Shown: positions 18,734 through 27,350 of the stretch, in pieces
Numbering within the stretch: the stretch's first letter is position 1
Layout: every line of letters begins with the position of its first letter
Source: Candidatus Saccharimonadales bacterium
GTDB taxonomy: Bacteria > Patescibacteriota > Saccharimonadia > Saccharimonadales > UBA4665
Length of the DNA: 30,188 nucleotides
Direction: 5' to 3'
Assembly: GCA_049790715.1 (NCBI GenBank)
Contig: JBAQZF010000024.1
Location: 1-30,188, forward strand
Notes under the pieces: generated by a model
Database searches by the model: none
Told to the model about the DNA's origin: nothing
What the model saw: the letters and a program-made list of their open reading frames with translations, nothing else
Made by a program: the position numbers and the translations under genes

Positions 18734-19387
18734 CTACTGCGGCCTTTTGGAATGTGCCGTACGCCAGGCAGCGATCTGAGCGTGATTGCCGCTAAGTAAT
18801 ACGCCTGGCACTGGCATGTTTTGAAATGTTTCTGGCCGAGTGTACTGCGGAAATTCGATAGTCTGATCGTCCTGCTGGAAAGATTCAATGTCAGCCGAAG
18901 TTTCGCCGCCCAGGACACCAGGCAGCAAACGTACTACTGAGTCGACGATGATCATAGCCGGCAGCTCTCCGCCGGTCAGCACGTAATTACCGATGCAGAA
19001 GCTTTCGTCAACCCAGTTGGTAATTCGCTCGTCGTAACCTTCGTAACGGGGACAGAGGATGATCAGCCCTGTGCCGTCTTTGGCCAGCCGCCTGGCGTCA
19101 GATTGCTTGTATAGTTTGCCGCGCGGGGTTGGCAGCAGTACGCGGGCAGTCGGGTCGGCTGATTTGGCTTGCTCTATGGCCGCGACCAGAGGTTCGGGCT
19201 TGAGCAACATGCCATCACCACCACCGTAAGGCGTATCGTCAACTTGCTTGCGTGGCCCGAGACCGAACTGCCGTAGATCGATGGTTTCGTAGGTCACGAT
19301 ACCTTTGTCTTGTGCTTTCCAGAGCATACTAGCGCCGAAAACGCCGGCAAACATCTCTGGAAATAGCGTGATAATCTGTATCTTCAT
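18734..19387 (-). CDS. trmD: tRNA (guanine37-N1) methyltransferase
   Basis: IITLFPEMF, VDDTPYGGGDGM, RYEGYDER, IGNYVLTGGELPA, PQYTRP, LLSGNH; start at MKIQII. Confidence 0.96.
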   Translation of the reverse strand: MKIQIITLFPEMFAGVFGASMLWKAQDKGIVTYETIDLRQFGLGPRKQVDDTPYGGGDGMLLKPEPLVAAIEQAKSADPTARVLLPTPRGKLYKQSDARRLAKDGTGLIILCPRYEGYDERITNWVDESFCIGNYVLTGGELPAMIIVDSVVRLLPGVLGGETSADIESFQQDDQTIEFPQYTRPETFQNMPVPGVLLSGNHAQIAAWRTAHSKRPQ

Positions 19388-19402
19388 CTTGTTATATTCT
19401 AG

Positions 19403-19440
19403 CAAAACCAAAACAACCCCTGTTTTATGGGGTTGTTTTG
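19403..19440 (-). terminator. Intrinsic terminator-like hairpin upstream of trmD
   Basis: Perfect 12-bp stem CAAAACAACCCC/GGGGTTGTTTTG followed by GTTTT. Confidence 0.7.
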
Positions 19441-19520
19441 TCACATAAAGCTCCCATCATTTGATGTCTCGCATGAGCTTTTGATTTTTGTTACAAAGTT
19501 CGTCGTAATGACCAACAATT

Positions 19521-19549
19521 AGTATAGCTGATACAGCCATGAGCTTCAA
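19521..19549 (-). promoter_or_regulatory. Sigma70-type promoter in the khpA-trmD gap
   Basis: TTGAAG-17 nt-TATACT. Confidence 0.6.
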
Positions 19550-19591
19550 GTTGTACTAGATGATTTGAAACCGTTCAGTGCTTCAGCGCTG

Positions 19592-20098
19592 CTAGACATC
19601 GAGATCGTCGAGATCAGCCAGCTCTTTGCGAGCCTGAGCTACGCGGTCACTGGTGTGATCTTCAGGCTCTTGATCTTCTTTGGCAGCCACTACTTCGTCA
19701 ACAGTAGTGTCGTCTGCGTCTGTCGTGGTACCTGGCTCGTCAGCTGGATCAGTAGATAAGCCGTCGGTGTGCTCATCTTCATCTTTAGCAGGCTGCGGCG
19801 TGGCAGCAGGAGCATCAGAGCTATTATCGCTGCTTGAGCCATGGCCACCGACACCATTGTCAATAATCTTGAGGTTGTAGCGAGCGTCGTTCTTGGTGCC
19901 AAGTGCCCGCAGCAGCGTACGAAGTGACTGAGCAGTCGCGCCGCGCTTGCCAATGACCCGACCGAGATCTTCGGGGTCGACAGTCAGCTCTAGCAAAACG
20001 CCTTTCTCATCGATACGGCGCTCAACTTTAACTTCGTCGGGCTTACCGACTAAAGATTTAACGACGTATTCTATAAACTGTTGGTCAATTTCGCTCAT
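19592..20098 (-). CDS. khpA: KH-domain RNA-binding protein KhpA with acidic C-terminal tail
   Basis: LTVDPEDLGRVIGKRGATAQSLRTLL; canonical position after rpsP. Confidence 0.9.
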   Translation of the reverse strand: MSEIDQQFIEYVVKSLVGKPDEVKVERRIDEKGVLLELTVDPEDLGRVIGKRGATAQSLRTLLRALGTKNDARYNLKIIDNGVGGHGSSSDNSSDAPAATPQPAKDEDEHTDGLSTDPADEPGTTTDADDTTVDEVVAAKEDQEPEDHTSDRVAQARKELADLDDLDV

Positions 20099-20183
20099 GT
20101 GACAGATTCCTCGGTTATGTTTAGGCTTAGTATAGCAAATTTCGGTGTCGGGCGTGTGAGATTTTTCGCCCTGGACTTAATGA

Positions 20184-20804
20184 TTATTTAGCTTTTGCGT
20201 CAGGCGCGGCTTCGTCTGGCTTGTCCGCGGTTTCTTTATTTTCGGCCGGAGCCGCGTCATCGAGCTTAACCGACTCTTGCTCTTCGGCGGTAGCTTCAGC
20301 TGCCGGCTGGTCTGTTGGGGCTTTTGTCTCAGCAGATTGTTCGTCGTCAACTTTTGGGGCTGCTTCGCTTGCCGCCTCTTCGTTTGCGGCTGATGGCGTC
20401 ACCGTTTCAGGAGATTCTTCAGATGCCGCCGCGGGCTCGCTTGCTGTTTCTGGCGCTTCAGCAGGTGCTTCGTCGGCTACGATTTCTTCGGCAGGGCGGG
20501 TGCTGCGTCGCTTGTCAGCATTGCGAACGGTTCGTTCTTTATTGGCCTGCGTCTTTACCCAATCGGGTAATTTCACGTCTTCAGCCTGCAGCAAACGAGC
20601 GACTCGATCAGATGGCTGCGCGCCATGCTCCAGATAAAATGCCGCCTTTTCCTTATTAAGGATAATAACCTTGGCGTGCGGGTCATAGCTTCCTAGCTGA
20701 GCGACGACTTTACCACTGGTAGGTGTGCGCCGCGAATCTTGGACAATGACACGAAACATGGCGTGCCCCTTGCGGCCGGTACGTTGCATACGAATAGCTA
20801 GCAT
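20184..20804 (-). CDS. rpsP: 30S ribosomal protein S16 with long acidic extension
   Basis: MLAIRMQRTGRK...FRVIVQDSR...LGSYDP...GAQPSDRV. Confidence 0.95.
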   Translation of the reverse strand: MLAIRMQRTGRKGHAMFRVIVQDSRRTPTSGKVVAQLGSYDPHAKVIILNKEKAAFYLEHGAQPSDRVARLLQAEDVKLPDWVKTQANKERTVRNADKRRSTRPAEEIVADEAPAEAPETASEPAAASEESPETVTPSAANEEAASEAAPKVDDEQSAETKAPTDQPAAEATAEEQESVKLDDAAPAENKETADKPDEAAPDAKAK

Positions 20805-20862
20805 ATCTGGGTAAAACTCTCTTCTTTCCTACATCTTAACATTACTAAAGATAATCTTATTC

Positions 20863-20891
20863 ATTCTACAGATAACCGTCTCTGTTGTCAA
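20863..20891 (-). promoter_or_regulatory. rpsP operon promoter
   Basis: TTGACA-17 nt-TAGAAT with TG extension. Confidence 0.75.
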
Positions 20892-20904
20892 ACGTATTCT
20901 TATA

Positions 20905-20933
20905 TTGACAATATTAACTAAATAAGTTATAAT
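20905..20933 (+). promoter_or_regulatory. Consensus sigma70 promoter, divergent from rpsP
   Basis: TTGACA-17 nt-TATAAT. Confidence 0.8.
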
Positions 20934-20982
20934 TCAAACTGTAGAGAACAATACTGTTTTCTCGCGACGAAAGGTTAACAAG

Positions 20983-21279
20983 ATGTCTGACTACGTGTTG
21001 GTTGGATTGTGTGGTATTGCGCTCTCTCTGCCGATTGGCATCGCTGCAATGGCATTGCTGGTCAGCCAGCACATCAAGGGGAGGTCTCCGCTTTGGACAA
21101 AGATTGTCTTTCCTTTGCTGTACGTACTTTCAATCGGACCACATGTCGGCTTTGGCGCATATGGCAGCGATCGATTTGATGCTGTTACCGACCAATATTT
21201 TGGAATCATCTATTTCCTCGCTGCCTTCGCTGCCTTCTGCATCTCCATGTGGCTCTTCATCGAGGCCTACGAGCAGTAG
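20983..21279 (+). CDS. Small 3-TM hypothetical membrane protein
   Basis: Three hydrophobic segments, AAAGG SD, consensus promoter upstream. Confidence 0.65.
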   Translation: MSDYVLVGLCGIALSLPIGIAAMALLVSQHIKGRSPLWTKIVFPLLYVLSIGPHVGFGAYGSDRFDAVTDQYFGIIYFLAAFAAFCISMWLFIEAYEQ

Positions 21280-21487
21280 ATTCGGCTTTGTCTTTCGTCA
21301 CCACAGACCGATCCTGGCATGGGAGCTGGAGCGTTAAATCGCTCGTTCTCATGGTCTGTGCCAGAAAATCCCTATATTCGTTCCGCCCTTCAAGGCAAAC
21401 AATATATATTTTCTGGTCCAGGTCGCTTTCTCTCCGGTATAACCGCTGATGAGACCCGGGAAGCTTGGGTCGAAAGAGAAGCGAAAA

Positions 21488-22186
21488 CTAGCTAGCTTTA
21501 TATGTTTCGAGAGCGGCTTCGGCAGCTTTTTGCTGGGCAGCTTGTTTGCTGGGGCCGCTACCCTTTCCTTTGAGTTTGCTATTTACGTAGACACCGACAG
21601 TAAACATCTTATCGTGGTCAGGACCATCTTCATTCATGACCTTGTACACAGGGGTAGCGGTGTCCTGGCTTTGGGCCAGTTCCTGCAGGTGAGATTTAGG
21701 ATCCATCCAAGAACCGCTAGCCAAGATACCGTCAAAGGTACTGAGAATACTTTCGGTGATGAACTGTTTGGCAGCTTCGTAACCCTGATCGAGATACAGC
21801 GCGCCGACAACAGCTTCAAAACTATTAGCCAAGATTTGTGCGCGAGCTCGTTCAGTGCCGCGTTTTTCACCGCGGCTCAGCCGTAGCAGCGGCTCGAAGC
21901 CGTACTTAGCAGCCGCAGCACTGATGCTCTCGGTACGTACCAGACTACTACGCCAGTTAGTCAGGATGCCTTCTGGCTCGCTATAGGTGGCGTACAGATA
22001 CTCGGTGACAACTAATTCCAGGACAGCGTCGCCCAAGAACTCCAAGCGCTCGTTATGCGCTTTGACTGTTTTTTTGTGCTCGTTAAGGTAAGAACGATGC
22101 GTAAAAGCAGTCACTAACAGTTCAGGATCGTTGAAAACAACGTGTAAAGTGTCTTTGGCGAATGCTTGATAGCTACTGGTGTCCAT
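21488..22186 (-). CDS. rnc: Ribonuclease III
   Basis: AFTHRS, NERLEFLGDAVL, FEAVVGALYLDQG, dsRBD DPKSHLQE...GPDHDKMF. Confidence 0.97.
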   Translation of the reverse strand: MDTSSYQAFAKDTLHVVFNDPELLVTAFTHRSYLNEHKKTVKAHNERLEFLGDAVLELVVTEYLYATYSEPEGILTNWRSSLVRTESISAAAAKYGFEPLLRLSRGEKRGTERARAQILANSFEAVVGALYLDQGYEAAKQFITESILSTFDGILASGSWMDPKSHLQELAQSQDTATPVYKVMNEDGPDHDKMFTVGVYVNSKLKGKGSGPSKQAAQQKAAEAALETYKAS

Positions 22187-22189
22187 ACG

Positions 22190-22687
22190 CTATAGTTTAC
22201 CCTCTCGGATTTTTTTCATGGCGATCAGCATCAGCTTGCCGATGTCTTCATAGGCGATTTTATCGATCGCCTCAGTTGCCGGCAACCATTTGATGTCGTT
22301 GAGCCAGTCTTCGGGATGCAATCGCTCGGTGTTGCCCAAGCCCTCGGCGAGGTAGATGTGCATGGTCATCAGTACCAGCGTATGGCTGCGGCGGTAGCGG
22401 AAATTGACCTTGCCAAGCCAGCTATATAATTTCATTTCCTGCAAACCAGTTTCTTCGCGAATTTCACGCTCGGCAGTTTGCTTGGGCTCTTCGCCTGGTT
22501 CGACATGGCCTTTGGGGATGGTCCAGCGATTTTTAGCATCCTGGATCAGCAGAATCTCTACCCCACCGTTTTTGTCGCGCCGAAAGACGATACCACCAGA
22601 AGTGGTTTCGCGCACCACTTCGTCAATCTCCGGTCGTCGTTTGGTGACCAGTTTGCGGAAGCCTTTGATGGGTTTAGGACGTTGCAC
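22190..22687 (-). CDS. NUDIX hydrolase
   Basis: Nudix box PKGHVEPGEEPKQTAEREIREETG. Confidence 0.92.
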   Translation of the reverse strand: MQRPKPIKGFRKLVTKRRPEIDEVVRETTSGGIVFRRDKNGGVEILLIQDAKNRWTIPKGHVEPGEEPKQTAEREIREETGLQEMKLYSWLGKVNFRYRRSHTLVLMTMHIYLAEGLGNTERLHPEDWLNDIKWLPATEAIDKIAYEDIGKLMLIAMKKIREGKL

Positions 22688-22689
22688 TA

Positions 22690-23187
22690 TTACTTACCTT
22701 TTTTCGTAGATTTAGTTGTTTTGGCAGCGGGTTTTTTGGTATCCGCATCGCTCTCTTTACCGCCGTCGCGTTCACGTAGCAGAGTACCAAGCACGCCGTT
22801 AATAAACTTGGAAGAATTGTCACCGCCAAAAGCTTTGGCCAGTTCAACCGCCTCATTAATGACAACTTTGGGCGGCACGCCGGTTTCGTTCTCCAGCTCA
22901 TAAAGACCGATACGTAGTACCAAGCGGTCCATGCGGGCAATCTGATCAATCGGCCAGTCTGGTGCTACTGGTTGCAACTTGGCATCCAAGTCAGCTGCCT
23001 GGCTGGTTACACCAGCTACCAGCTGTTTAATAAACGCCACATCATCGATCATGTCGCGGTAGCGATGAATGTTGCGCTCCAGCACCTCATTAATATCGAG
23101 GTGCTGATCGTCTGCATCAGTGCGCACTTCCACCTCGTACAGTGTCTGCAGGGCGATGATGCGACCGAGGTGACGATTGGATGCCAT
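22690..23187 (-). CDS. nusB: Transcription antitermination factor NusB
   Basis: RHLGRIIALQTLYE, DRLVLRIGLYEL, PPKVVINEAVELAKAFG...KFINGVL. Confidence 0.96.
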   Translation of the reverse strand: MASNRHLGRIIALQTLYEVEVRTDADDQHLDINEVLERNIHRYRDMIDDVAFIKQLVAGVTSQAADLDAKLQPVAPDWPIDQIARMDRLVLRIGLYELENETGVPPKVVINEAVELAKAFGGDNSSKFINGVLGTLLRERDGGKESDADTKKPAAKTTKSTKKGK

Positions 23188-23223
23188 ATTGTTACATTCC
23201 TCTCTAACTTGTCAAAGAACAGT

Positions 23224-23367
23224 TTAGGCTGTTTTAGCTGATTCGCGCTTGGTAGTGCGGACTTTGACCGGTGACTTGGCATTGACCTTGCGGGCCAACT
23301 TCAACACCAAATGACTGCGGCGGGTGCCGGTCTTGCGGGGACTCGTTCGTTTCTTGGGCTTACCCAT
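23224..23367 (-). CDS. rpmF: 50S ribosomal protein L32, short Cys-free form
   Basis: Hand translation MGKPKKRTSPRKTGTRRSHLVLKLARKVNAKSPVKVRTTKRESAKTA (47 aa), below the ORF-track cutoff; PKKRTS..K...RRSH is the L32 N-terminus. Confidence 0.85.
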   Translation of the reverse strand: MGKPKKRTSPRKTGTRRSHLVLKLARKVNAKSPVKVRTTKRESAKTA

Positions 23368-23492
23368 GCGGGAGCTTCCCTTTCGATTACATTAACAAAA
23401 CTTAGCTCTATTCTAGCCGATTCCAGTCCTTTTCTCAAGGCTAACTACCTATGATTCGTATTTAATTTATAAATATTGTATTATTTTACCTA

Positions 23493-23762
23493 ATGAGTGA
23501 GTTTAGTAAATTTACGCGCATATCGGCTAGTACTATGGCGATCGGATTGGCATCAATAGCCATCGGCCACCATGATGTGCATAATTACGAGAGTGAGCAG
23601 CTGGCATTCGCGCAGCTCTCTGCCCGTCAACAATATGTCACCACTCCTCCTTTTGAGAACTTCCCTAGCGGAGAAGATGAAACATTAGCTGGTTTGATAT
23701 TAGCTTGCGTAGGTAGCGTGGGTCTAGCAGGCAGACTGATTGTTAAAACGTTAAAGGAATAA
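23493..23762 (+). CDS. Small hypothetical membrane protein
   Basis: 89 aa with hydrophobic N- and C-terminal segments, fills the intergenic gap. Confidence 0.5.
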   Translation: MSEFSKFTRISASTMAIGLASIAIGHHDVHNYESEQLAFAQLSARQQYVTTPPFENFPSGEDETLAGLILACVGSVGLAGRLIVKTLKE

Positions 23763-23795
23763 TCGTAACTCAATCTATGGGGTTTGCCTCATTTA

Positions 23796-26378
23796 CTAAA
23801 TCACGAAGTTGACGAGTTTGCTGGGGACATAAATAGTTTTGCGAATGGTTTGATCGGCTAGGTAGCTGGCGACTTTTGCGTCTGCTTTGGCGGCTTCGAC
23901 TACTGCTTTTTCTTCGGCATCGTTAGCAACCTGAACTTGACCACGAAGCTTACCATTAACTTGGATAATGACGGTTACCGTATCTTGGAGTAGGTACTTT
24001 TCGTCCCACTTCGGCCAGGTATCGACATGCACGCTCGAACTATGGCCAAGCTGCTGCCACAGTTCGTCGGCTATATGCGGCGCGAACGGCGCTGCACAGG
24101 CGACGATTGTTTCCAAAGCTTGCTGCCAGTCATCGTTTTTGCTCAAGTTTTTGACTTTAAGTTTGTACAGTTGATTGAGGCATTCCATGATTGCCGCTAT
24201 GGCCGTATTGTAGCGATTATCCTCAATATCTTCGGTGACTTTTTTGATCATTTTGTGTATTGCCTTATGCAGGTCGTTTGCTTGCGTGTCGTCTACTGCA
24301 CCCTCAGCAGATTCTGTATACTCCTGCACGATATTCCACAAACGATTGAGGAAGCGGTGCGTACCAGGAACACCTTGCGGATCCCAGCGGGCCCACATAT
24401 CAAGCGGAGCTACGAACATCAGATACGTACGCAACGCGTCGGCTCCATAGCCGGTTGCTATAACATCGAGTGGATCGACGCCATTACCCTTACTCTTACT
24501 AAACATGGTACCGTCTTTGGCGGTTACTTTGCCATTGAATAGAAATTGCTTAAACGGCTCTGGTTCATTGACGAGGCCAATTTTATGAAAGAATCGCGTG
24601 ATAAAACGAACATATAACAGATGGGCAGTGGCATGATCGGCACCGTTGTAAAAATCTATTGGCTCCCATTTTTTGACAATGTCGCTATCGAAGATCTTTT
24701 CCTGATTGTGCGGGTCGAAATACCGGTACATATACCAGCTGCTACAGATATAGGTATCGAGCGTATCGGTTTCACGTTCAGCTGGGCCGCCACAAGTCGG
24801 GCAGTCGACTTTGAGCCAGTCAGTAGCGCGGGCCAAAGCGCTTCGGCCATCGCCAGTAGGTTCGAAAACTGAATGCATAGATTCTGGCTCGCCCGACGCT
24901 TCGCTCGTGTCTACACCAAGCCCCGCCTGGGGCTTGGTGGGTTTAAAATCTTTAAGCTCAGGCAGTACTACTGGTAGATCTTCATCTGACACTAGCACTT
25001 GGCCGCACTTCTGACAATTGATAATCGGAATCGGCGCCCCCCAATATCGCTGACGACTGACGCTCCAATCCCGCATTTTGTAGTTAACTTTTTCCTGCGC
25101 GAATCCTTTTTCAGTCAAATTAGCGACAATCTTCTCGCGAGCGTCAGCAGACGGCATATCATTATAAGTACCGCTGTTAATCATGCTGCCTTCGTCGTGG
25201 CTACATTCTTCATCAGCGGCATCATTTTGCACGACGCGGACAATGGGTAGATCAAATTTCTTAGCAAATTCATGGTCGCGTTCATCGTGAGCCGGGACGG
25301 CCATGATCGCGCCAGTACCATAGCCAGCTAGTACATAGTCAGCAATCCAGATAGGGACCTTTTTATTCGTGATTGGATTGATAGCGTATACGCCTCGTGC
25401 TTCAACACCTGTTTTATCTTTCTGACCAGTTTGTCGCTCAAGTTCAGTTTTCTTTTTAGTTTGCTCAACGTAGGCAACTACTTCTTCGTTATTTTTCAGC
25501 ACTGTCTTGTGCTCGAGTGCTAATTCTACCCATTTATGATCGGGAGCTAACACCAAATAAGTCGCGCCGTACAACGTGTCAGGACGAGTGGTAAATACTG
25601 TTAGGTGTGCCTTCTTGCCATCCGCGCCAGTCCGCTCGTTCACTGCTGGATCACCGAAATCGAGCGGGAAGTCTATCTCGACACCTTTGCTTTTGCCAAT
25701 CCAGTTCTTTTGCGCCAGCTTAACGCTTTCAGTCCAATCTAAATCATCAAGAGCTTCCAGCAACTCATCGGCATAGTCAGTGATTTTGAAGAACCACTGT
25801 TTGACTTCCTTTTTCTCGACCAGCGGATCATCGGGGCCATCGTGTCGCCAGCACTTGCCGTCAATCACCTGTTCATTGGCCAAAACCGTATTGTCTATGG
25901 CGCACCACCACTGCATGCGGGAAGCTTGATAGGCCAATCCCGCCTTATGCATCTGGGAGAATATCCACTGTGTCCATTTGTAATATTCTGGCAGATGAGT
26001 GGCGATTTCTTTTTCCCAGTCATTGCTCCAGCCCATAGCTTTGTACTGCTTGTGATACTCAGGAATGATCGTCGCCATGCTTTCCTGCGGCGACACGCCA
26101 GCTTTGATAGCGTAGTTTTCGGCAGGCAAGCCAAAGGCGTCCCACCCCACCGGATGATAGCTTTCATAACCCTGCTGCCGTTTAAGGCGAGCTTTGACAT
26201 CACTGATGGTGTAATTCATAGCATGGCCGATATGAATACCGGCTCCACTGGGGTAGTTGAACATGCTCATGGCAATGTATTTGGGTTTACCGCTCTTGAG
26301 ATTCGCCGTATAGACACCGGTCTCATCCCAAATTTTTTGCCACCGCGGCTCGATCTCTTTTGGATTGTAGCGTTGCAT
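23796..26378 (-). CDS. leuS: Leucine--tRNA ligase
   Basis: YPSGAGIHIGH, GWDAFGLPAEN, editing-domain FTTRPDT and GTGAIMAVPAHDERD, SRQRYWG, MFSKSKGN, IQVNGKLRG. Confidence 0.97.
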   Translation of the reverse strand: MQRYNPKEIEPRWQKIWDETGVYTANLKSGKPKYIAMSMFNYPSGAGIHIGHAMNYTISDVKARLKRQQGYESYHPVGWDAFGLPAENYAIKAGVSPQESMATIIPEYHKQYKAMGWSNDWEKEIATHLPEYYKWTQWIFSQMHKAGLAYQASRMQWWCAIDNTVLANEQVIDGKCWRHDGPDDPLVEKKEVKQWFFKITDYADELLEALDDLDWTESVKLAQKNWIGKSKGVEIDFPLDFGDPAVNERTGADGKKAHLTVFTTRPDTLYGATYLVLAPDHKWVELALEHKTVLKNNEEVVAYVEQTKKKTELERQTGQKDKTGVEARGVYAINPITNKKVPIWIADYVLAGYGTGAIMAVPAHDERDHEFAKKFDLPIVRVVQNDAADEECSHDEGSMINSGTYNDMPSADAREKIVANLTEKGFAQEKVNYKMRDWSVSRQRYWGAPIPIINCQKCGQVLVSDEDLPVVLPELKDFKPTKPQAGLGVDTSEASGEPESMHSVFEPTGDGRSALARATDWLKVDCPTCGGPAERETDTLDTYICSSWYMYRYFDPHNQEKIFDSDIVKKWEPIDFYNGADHATAHLLYVRFITRFFHKIGLVNEPEPFKQFLFNGKVTAKDGTMFSKSKGNGVDPLDVIATGYGADALRTYLMFVAPLDMWARWDPQGVPGTHRFLNRLWNIVQEYTESAEGAVDDTQANDLHKAIHKMIKKVTEDIEDNRYNTAIAAIMECLNQLYKLKVKNLSKNDDWQQALETIVACAAPFAPHIADELWQQLGHSSSVHVDTWPKWDEKYLLQDTVTVIIQVNGKLRGQVQVANDAEEKAVVEAAKADAKVASYLADQTIRKTIYVPSKLVNFVI
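24914..24939. repeat. GC-rich palindrome inside leuS
   Basis: CACCAAGCCCC-GCCT-GGGGCTTGGTG, perfect 11-bp inverted repeat. Confidence 0.8.
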
Positions 26379-26434
26379 AACAGATGTAGTGTAGCAAAAT
26401 ACATCTGTTGTCGCCAGCTTGTTATACTGAAGCT

Positions 26435-27346
26435 ATGAGCAATGTCATCGTGCTGGCTGGAGGGGACTCTGAAGAACGAGCGGTGTCGCTGCGATCTGGC
26501 AATGCTGTAGCAGAGGCATTGCGTGAGCGTCATCATCAGGTAGAAATCGTTGATCCAGCGGAGGGGCTGTCAAAATACATAGATAAATTCCAAGCAGCGG
26601 ACGTAGTGTTTTCAGCCCTGCATGGAGCTGACGGCGAAGACGGCGTCACGCAGCGGTTTCTGGAAGAGTATGATATCCGCTACGTCGGCTCTGATAGTAA
26701 AGCCTCGGCACTGTGTTTCGATAAGGCTCGCTACACCGCCCTACTGCGTGAGCATGATATCTTGGTGCCTGAAACCGCGCTGGTTGATGCTGCCGAATAT
26801 CAGACGTCAGCGCTTGCCTCTCGACCGCACGTTTTAAAGCCCAATACCGGCGGCTCCAGCATCGACACTTTTATCGTGCGTGATCTGAACAAGGTTGACG
26901 GCACAGCCATCGAGCACGCGTTCGATAAGCACCATACTATGCTGCTCCAGAAGTTGATCGCCGGTGTTGAGCTTACCGTAGCAGTCCTCGATACTGCCGC
27001 ATTGCCAGTAATCGAGATTATACCGCCGGCCGATAAAGAGTTTGACTATGAAAATAAGTACAATGGCGCCACGCAAGAGCTCTGTCCGCCCGTAGATGTA
27101 GACAAAGCCATACAGGAGCAGTCTCAGGCGCTGGCGATGCAGATCCATACCCTCACTGGTTGCCGCGACATGTCACGTACTGACATTATGGCCACTGAAA
27201 GTGGCACATTGTACGTACTGGAAACAAATACGATTCCTGGGTTGACCGATCAGAGCTTACTCCCAAAAGCGGCCGCCGCGGCTGGTTATACTATGGATGC
27301 TCTCTGTGATCATTTAATTCAGTTAGCTCTGAATCGTGACACTTAA
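26435..27346 (+). CDS. ddl: D-alanine--D-alanine ligase
   Basis: VLAGGDSEERAVSLRSG, LHGADGEDG, KPNTGGSS, FDYENKY, LETNTIPGLT; ATG 26435 is 6 nt after TATACT. Confidence 0.95.
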   Translation: MSNVIVLAGGDSEERAVSLRSGNAVAEALRERHHQVEIVDPAEGLSKYIDKFQAADVVFSALHGADGEDGVTQRFLEEYDIRYVGSDSKASALCFDKARYTALLREHDILVPETALVDAAEYQTSALASRPHVLKPNTGGSSIDTFIVRDLNKVDGTAIEHAFDKHHTMLLQKLIAGVELTVAVLDTAALPVIEIIPPADKEFDYENKYNGATQELCPPVDVDKAIQEQSQALAMQIHTLTGCRDMSRTDIMATESGTLYVLETNTIPGLTDQSLLPKAAAAAGYTMDALCDHLIQLALNRDT

Positions 27347-27350
27347 CATG

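Noticed and set aside
19388..19444. Longer trmD start at 19444
   Set aside because: Runs through the terminator hairpin; TrmD homology begins at MKIQII.
19458..19541. 27-codon ORF (MAVSAILIVGHYDELCNKNQKLMRDIK) as a leader peptide or rimM remnant
   Set aside because: Starts within the predicted promoter spacer, has no SD and no resemblance to RimM.
21449..21886. 145-aa + strand ORF and similar long antisense ORFs over leuS, rpsP, typA and the repeat gene
   Set aside because: Antisense shadows of well-supported genes with no recognisable motifs.
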